Source of the DNA: a virus
Taxonomy: Duplodnaviria; Caudoviricetes
Strand: one strand, 5' to 3'
Length of the DNA: 30,405 nucleotides
IMG/VR virus record: IMGVR_UViG_3300031454_000014
Coordinates: 1-30,405 of that record
Shown here: positions 27,308 through 30,405 of the stretch, piece after piece
Position numbering within the stretch: the stretch's first letter is position 1
How the letters are laid out: each line of letters starts with the position of its first letter
Program-made: the position numbers and the translations under genes
Notes under the pieces: generated by a model
What the model was told of the DNA's origin: nothing
What the model saw: only the letters and a program-made list of their open reading frames with translations
The model's database searches: none

Positions 27308-29223
27308 GTGCGGTGACGGTCCTGACGAAGATTGGCACCCTCGACCTGGCGGCGAAAGGCCTCAACGCGGTGGTGGCACGGCGCCAGGGGGACGGGCCGG
27401 GGACAGTGGACTGGGATGTCTCCCACCGCAGCGGCGGGCACCGTCCCGCCTACCAGGGCTCCGCTATTCAGCCCCGCGTCCTGCCCGTCATTATCAAGCC
27501 GGCCGCGCCGATGACGCCCACCGCCTGGGACGACGCGACCGACGCGGTCCTGGCCGAGGTCGACAACCGGACGGCGGACGACCCCCTGGTCCTCACCGGG
27601 CCGTACCAGGGCACGGGCGTGAGTCTGGAGATGCCGGTCGGCGTCGAGTCGATCGAGCTGGCGGGCGGGGCGGTCTTCCTCTCGGTCCTCGCCGCCGACC
27701 CGTTCTGGCGGGCGGTCACGCCGACGACCGTGACGGCGTCGTTTTCCGGGGCGGTGGGGACGATGATCGTAGCCGTGCCGGGGGGGGAGACGGTGCGCCC
27801 CACCGTGACGATCCGGCCGACGGCGCAGCGGACGACGTCCACCGACGCGGTCGGCTGGCAGTGGGCGCGGTCGGGGGCGATCACCAACACCGCCGCCGCG
27901 CCGCTGGTGCGGTACCCGGTGCGGCTCGACCAATTGGGCGACACGGCGCCGCTGGTGACCGCCGGCAAGATGCGGGCGGACCGCAACGACCTCCGCGTCT
28001 GGATCGAGGGCCGGGACGTCGCCCGCGAGGTGGTGTTCTTCACCGGTCCGCCGGCGTCGACGCTGGTGTGGATCGTCGTCCCCTACCTCGCACCGGGCGG
28101 CTCTCTTCCCTTCACGATTCTCTACGGCAACCCCAATGCCGGCCCCGGCCCCGCGCTCGCTTACCCCGACCGGCCGGCGTTCGCGTTGGACCCCAACCGG
28201 TCCAACAACAGTACGTGGAGCTACGACGTCGCCCGCACCGCCGCCAACCACCTGCGGGGCGGCTGGTGGCTGCAAGGCGCGCCCGGCAACAGCGTCGCCT
28301 ACGCCGACGTCGACGTGCCGGGCGCCTTCCGGCGCGCCCGGACCCTGCCCCGGCCGGAGAACGTCGACGACGTCTCGCAGCCGCTCTGGTCCGACTACGC
28401 GGTTGGCGGCGTCTCGTACCGGCAGGCAGTCTTCGACACCCGGCTCTACCGATCCGGCGCGGCGAGCCTGCCCGACGAGGGGCTGGCGGACGGAGTGGAG
28501 ATCGAGGTCCCGGTCGGGATCGTGTCCGTGCGCGCCGGCTTTCGGCTCACCCTCCTCGCCGAGACGAGCGGCACCGTGACCGTCGGCTTCGTCCGCGTCA
28601 TCGCGCGCCAGGACGCCGGCGAGGACTGGACGACCCTCTACGAGAACACCGCCCTCGGCACGACGACCGTCGTGCCGACGACGTGGACATTACCGGCGCC
28701 GATGCGCCGGGTCGCGTTCGCGGTTTGGCCGTGGAACCGGATCGGGGTCCCGGACTATGTCGGGTTCGATCGCTTTGCCCAGGCGGCGTGGGACACGGAG
28801 CTGGTCGTCTCCCCGGACGCCGCCAAACTCGTCTTCGCCGCGCTCGGCGCCGAGACGGCCGTGTTCGAGGCGGCCGTCCGAATCGACGGCGGCAGCCACG
28901 CGCTGTACCTCGGGGCGGCACCGACGGCGGCCGACCGGATTGATCCGACGCCGGGCGGTCGGCTCGCGCTCGGGCTGGCGGCGGGCGGGGCGTCACTGGT
29001 GGTCAACGGCGAGACCCGGTCGGCACGGGCGGTCCCGGCCGGGGCGACCGACGGCCCCGAGGCCCCAGTCGCCGCCGTCGACGCGACCGAGACGACGTCG
29101 TTCGGGTCGCGGCCGTCCGCGGACTGGCTGCCGCTGCCGCGCGGGAACAACGTCATCACGGTGACCCAGGCGGCGCCGGGGCCGATCACCGTGACCGTTG
29201 CCTACCGACCGGGCTATTCGTAG
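27304..29223 (+). CDS. Distal tail (Dit-like) protein with inserted domains
   Basis: ATGA overlap with the tape measure stop. Dit signatures AADPFW, GGETVRPTVTI and C-terminal WLPLPRGNNVITVT. Internal DUF2341-like segment (DRNDLRV..LVWIVVP..ILYGNPNA). Confidence 0.75.
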   Translation: MSAVTVLTKIGTLDLAAKGLNAVVARRQGDGPGTVDWDVSHRSGGHRPAYQGSAIQPRVLPVIIKPAAPMTPTAWDDATDAVLAEVDNRTADDPLVLTGPYQGTGVSLEMPVGVESIELAGGAVFLSVLAADPFWRAVTPTTVTASFSGAVGTMIVAVPGGETVRPTVTIRPTAQRTTSTDAVGWQWARSGAITNTAAAPLVRYPVRLDQLGDTAPLVTAGKMRADRNDLRVWIEGRDVAREVVFFTGPPASTLVWIVVPYLAPGGSLPFTILYGNPNAGPGPALAYPDRPAFALDPNRSNNSTWSYDVARTAANHLRGGWWLQGAPGNSVAYADVDVPGAFRRARTLPRPENVDDVSQPLWSDYAVGGVSYRQAVFDTRLYRSGAASLPDEGLADGVEIEVPVGIVSVRAGFRLTLLAETSGTVTVGFVRVIARQDAGEDWTTLYENTALGTTTVVPTTWTLPAPMRRVAFAVWPWNRIGVPDYVGFDRFAQAAWDTELVVSPDAAKLVFAALGAETAVFEAAVRIDGGSHALYLGAAPTAADRIDPTPGGRLALGLAAGGASLVVNGETRSARAVPAGATDGPEAPVAAVDATETTSFGSRPSADWLPLPRGNNVITVTQAAPGPITVTVAYRPGYS

Positions 29224-30344
29224 TGGGCGCCGCCGGCTCTTGGCCATTGATTCTCTCGAAACGTGGCGGATTGGACGCCGTTCGCGTTCCCGCCTACGGC
29301 GTCGCCGCGAGCTGGGAGATCGGGGCCGCCGGGACGCTCTCCGCGTTCGTCCGTTTGTCCGATCTCAGCGCCGCCCGGATCGACCCGGACCTGACGGGGC
29401 GGTGGGTTGGGCTGGCGTGCGGCGCGGCGGGTCGCTGGGGCGGGGTGGTGACGAGCGCGACGGTGCGGGGCGGCGAGGTCGAGATCGGGGCAACGGGGTG
29501 GGCTGTCCTGGCGTCCGGCCGCGTCGCCCGGCGGGCGCTGCGCTACCCGGCGCTGGGACCGGCGGAGCTGCTGCGGCGGCTGCTCTCGGATCTCTTCGAC
29601 GGCGCCTCCTTCCTCCGGCTCGACCGGGTCGGCGGCGCGGGCGACGCAACGGGACTCGAGGTCGGCGCCGGGGACGACGTGGGCGACCTGCTCGCCCGCA
29701 TCGCGGAGGGGGCCAATGTCGAGTGGCGGGTCGACGCCGACCGGGTCGTGGAGGTGGCGCCGCGGCTAGGGCGCGACCTGACGGGGTCGGTCCGGCTGGT
29801 CGGGGAGCGGCATTTCGCCGACGAGGAGGCGTCCCTGACCTTCGACCTGCTGGCGGTCGAGAACCGGCTGGTCGGGTTCGGGGCGGAGGCGGAGGACGAG
29901 GCGGGAGCGGAGGCGGCGGGCGGACTCGAGGTCGCGGACGCGGGGTCCGTGGCGCGGGTCGGGCCGCGCGAGGCGGCGCGGCGCTACCCGGACGTGCGGG
30001 GCGGGGCGAACCTGGCGCCCCGGCTGCGGCGGGACGTGGCGACGGCGGCGAACCCGGCGGTGCCGCTGACCCTGGAGACGCGCGACGTCGACGGGATGTG
30101 GGCGCGGTTCCAGGAGGGGGACACCGTGCGGGTGTCATTGGGGCTGGTCGGGATGGAGGTCGATTTCCGGGTGATGGCGCGGGCGTGGGACGGGGACGCG
30201 GGGACGCAGGCGCTGGCGGGGGAGGCGACGCGGCGGTCGCTGCCGGTAGCGCCGCCGCGCCGGGTGCGGGTGCAGGCGAATGATCTCCGAGCCGTGGCGA
30301 ACGCGGCCGGCAACGTCGTGGAGGTAGAGCGGTGGACAGCGTAA
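29223..30344 (+). CDS. Minor tail or baseplate hub (Tal-like) protein
   Basis: Follows Dit with a coupled start; WGGVV, EWRVD..RLGRD and FQEGDTVRVSL patterns typical of siphovirus hub proteins. Confidence 0.7.
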   Translation: MGAAGSWPLILSKRGGLDAVRVPAYGVAASWEIGAAGTLSAFVRLSDLSAARIDPDLTGRWVGLACGAAGRWGGVVTSATVRGGEVEIGATGWAVLASGRVARRALRYPALGPAELLRRLLSDLFDGASFLRLDRVGGAGDATGLEVGAGDDVGDLLARIAEGANVEWRVDADRVVEVAPRLGRDLTGSVRLVGERHFADEEASLTFDLLAVENRLVGFGAEAEDEAGAEAAGGLEVADAGSVARVGPREAARRYPDVRGGANLAPRLRRDVATAANPAVPLTLETRDVDGMWARFQEGDTVRVSLGLVGMEVDFRVMARAWDGDAGTQALAGEATRRSLPVAPPRRVRVQANDLRAVANAAGNVVEVERWTA

Positions 30345-30405
30345 AACACACCGACCTGGCGGGAGACGATCTGCACGGGCCGTACCACCGGGTGGGGACG
30401 GCCGA
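30332..30405 (+). CDS. 5' start of a probable tail fibre or minor tail protein (truncated)
   Basis: RBS GGAGG (30320-30324); GTG start gives MDSVKHTDLAGDDLHGPYHRVGTA, open to the window end. Confidence 0.55.
   Translation, partial: MDSVKHTDLAGDDLHGPYHRVGTA

Overview
A GC-rich, almost entirely + strand morphogenesis region of a siphovirus-like phage or prophage. In order it carries: the 3' part of an intein-containing large terminase; the portal; a ~6 kb accessory block (putative fibre/appendage genes, a free-standing HNH endonuclease, micro-ORFs, a MerR-like HTH); scaffold and major capsid protein; head-tail connectors; tail tube and tail assembly chaperones; a very long, repeat-rich tape measure gene (~10.5 kb, split by one frameshift); Dit-like and hub-like tail-tip genes; and the start of a probable tail fibre. 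Three non-standard features stand out. (1) A 1,126-bp transposase-less element (perfect 19-bp terminal inverted repeats, 8-bp target duplication, IS1595-like) carries a Panacea antitoxin/RelE-like toxin pair on the - strand. (2) A regulatory layout recurs at module junctions: small Zn-finger (Com-like) ORF, then a TGnTATACT promoter, then a structured leader, plus hairpins hiding the Shine-Dalgarno (SD) of the capsid, tail tube and tape measure genes. (3) A 14-aa-repeat protein sits among uncharacterised beta-rich genes and may belong to an undescribed virion fibre module. Family assignments come from motif recognition and gene order only; no searches were run.
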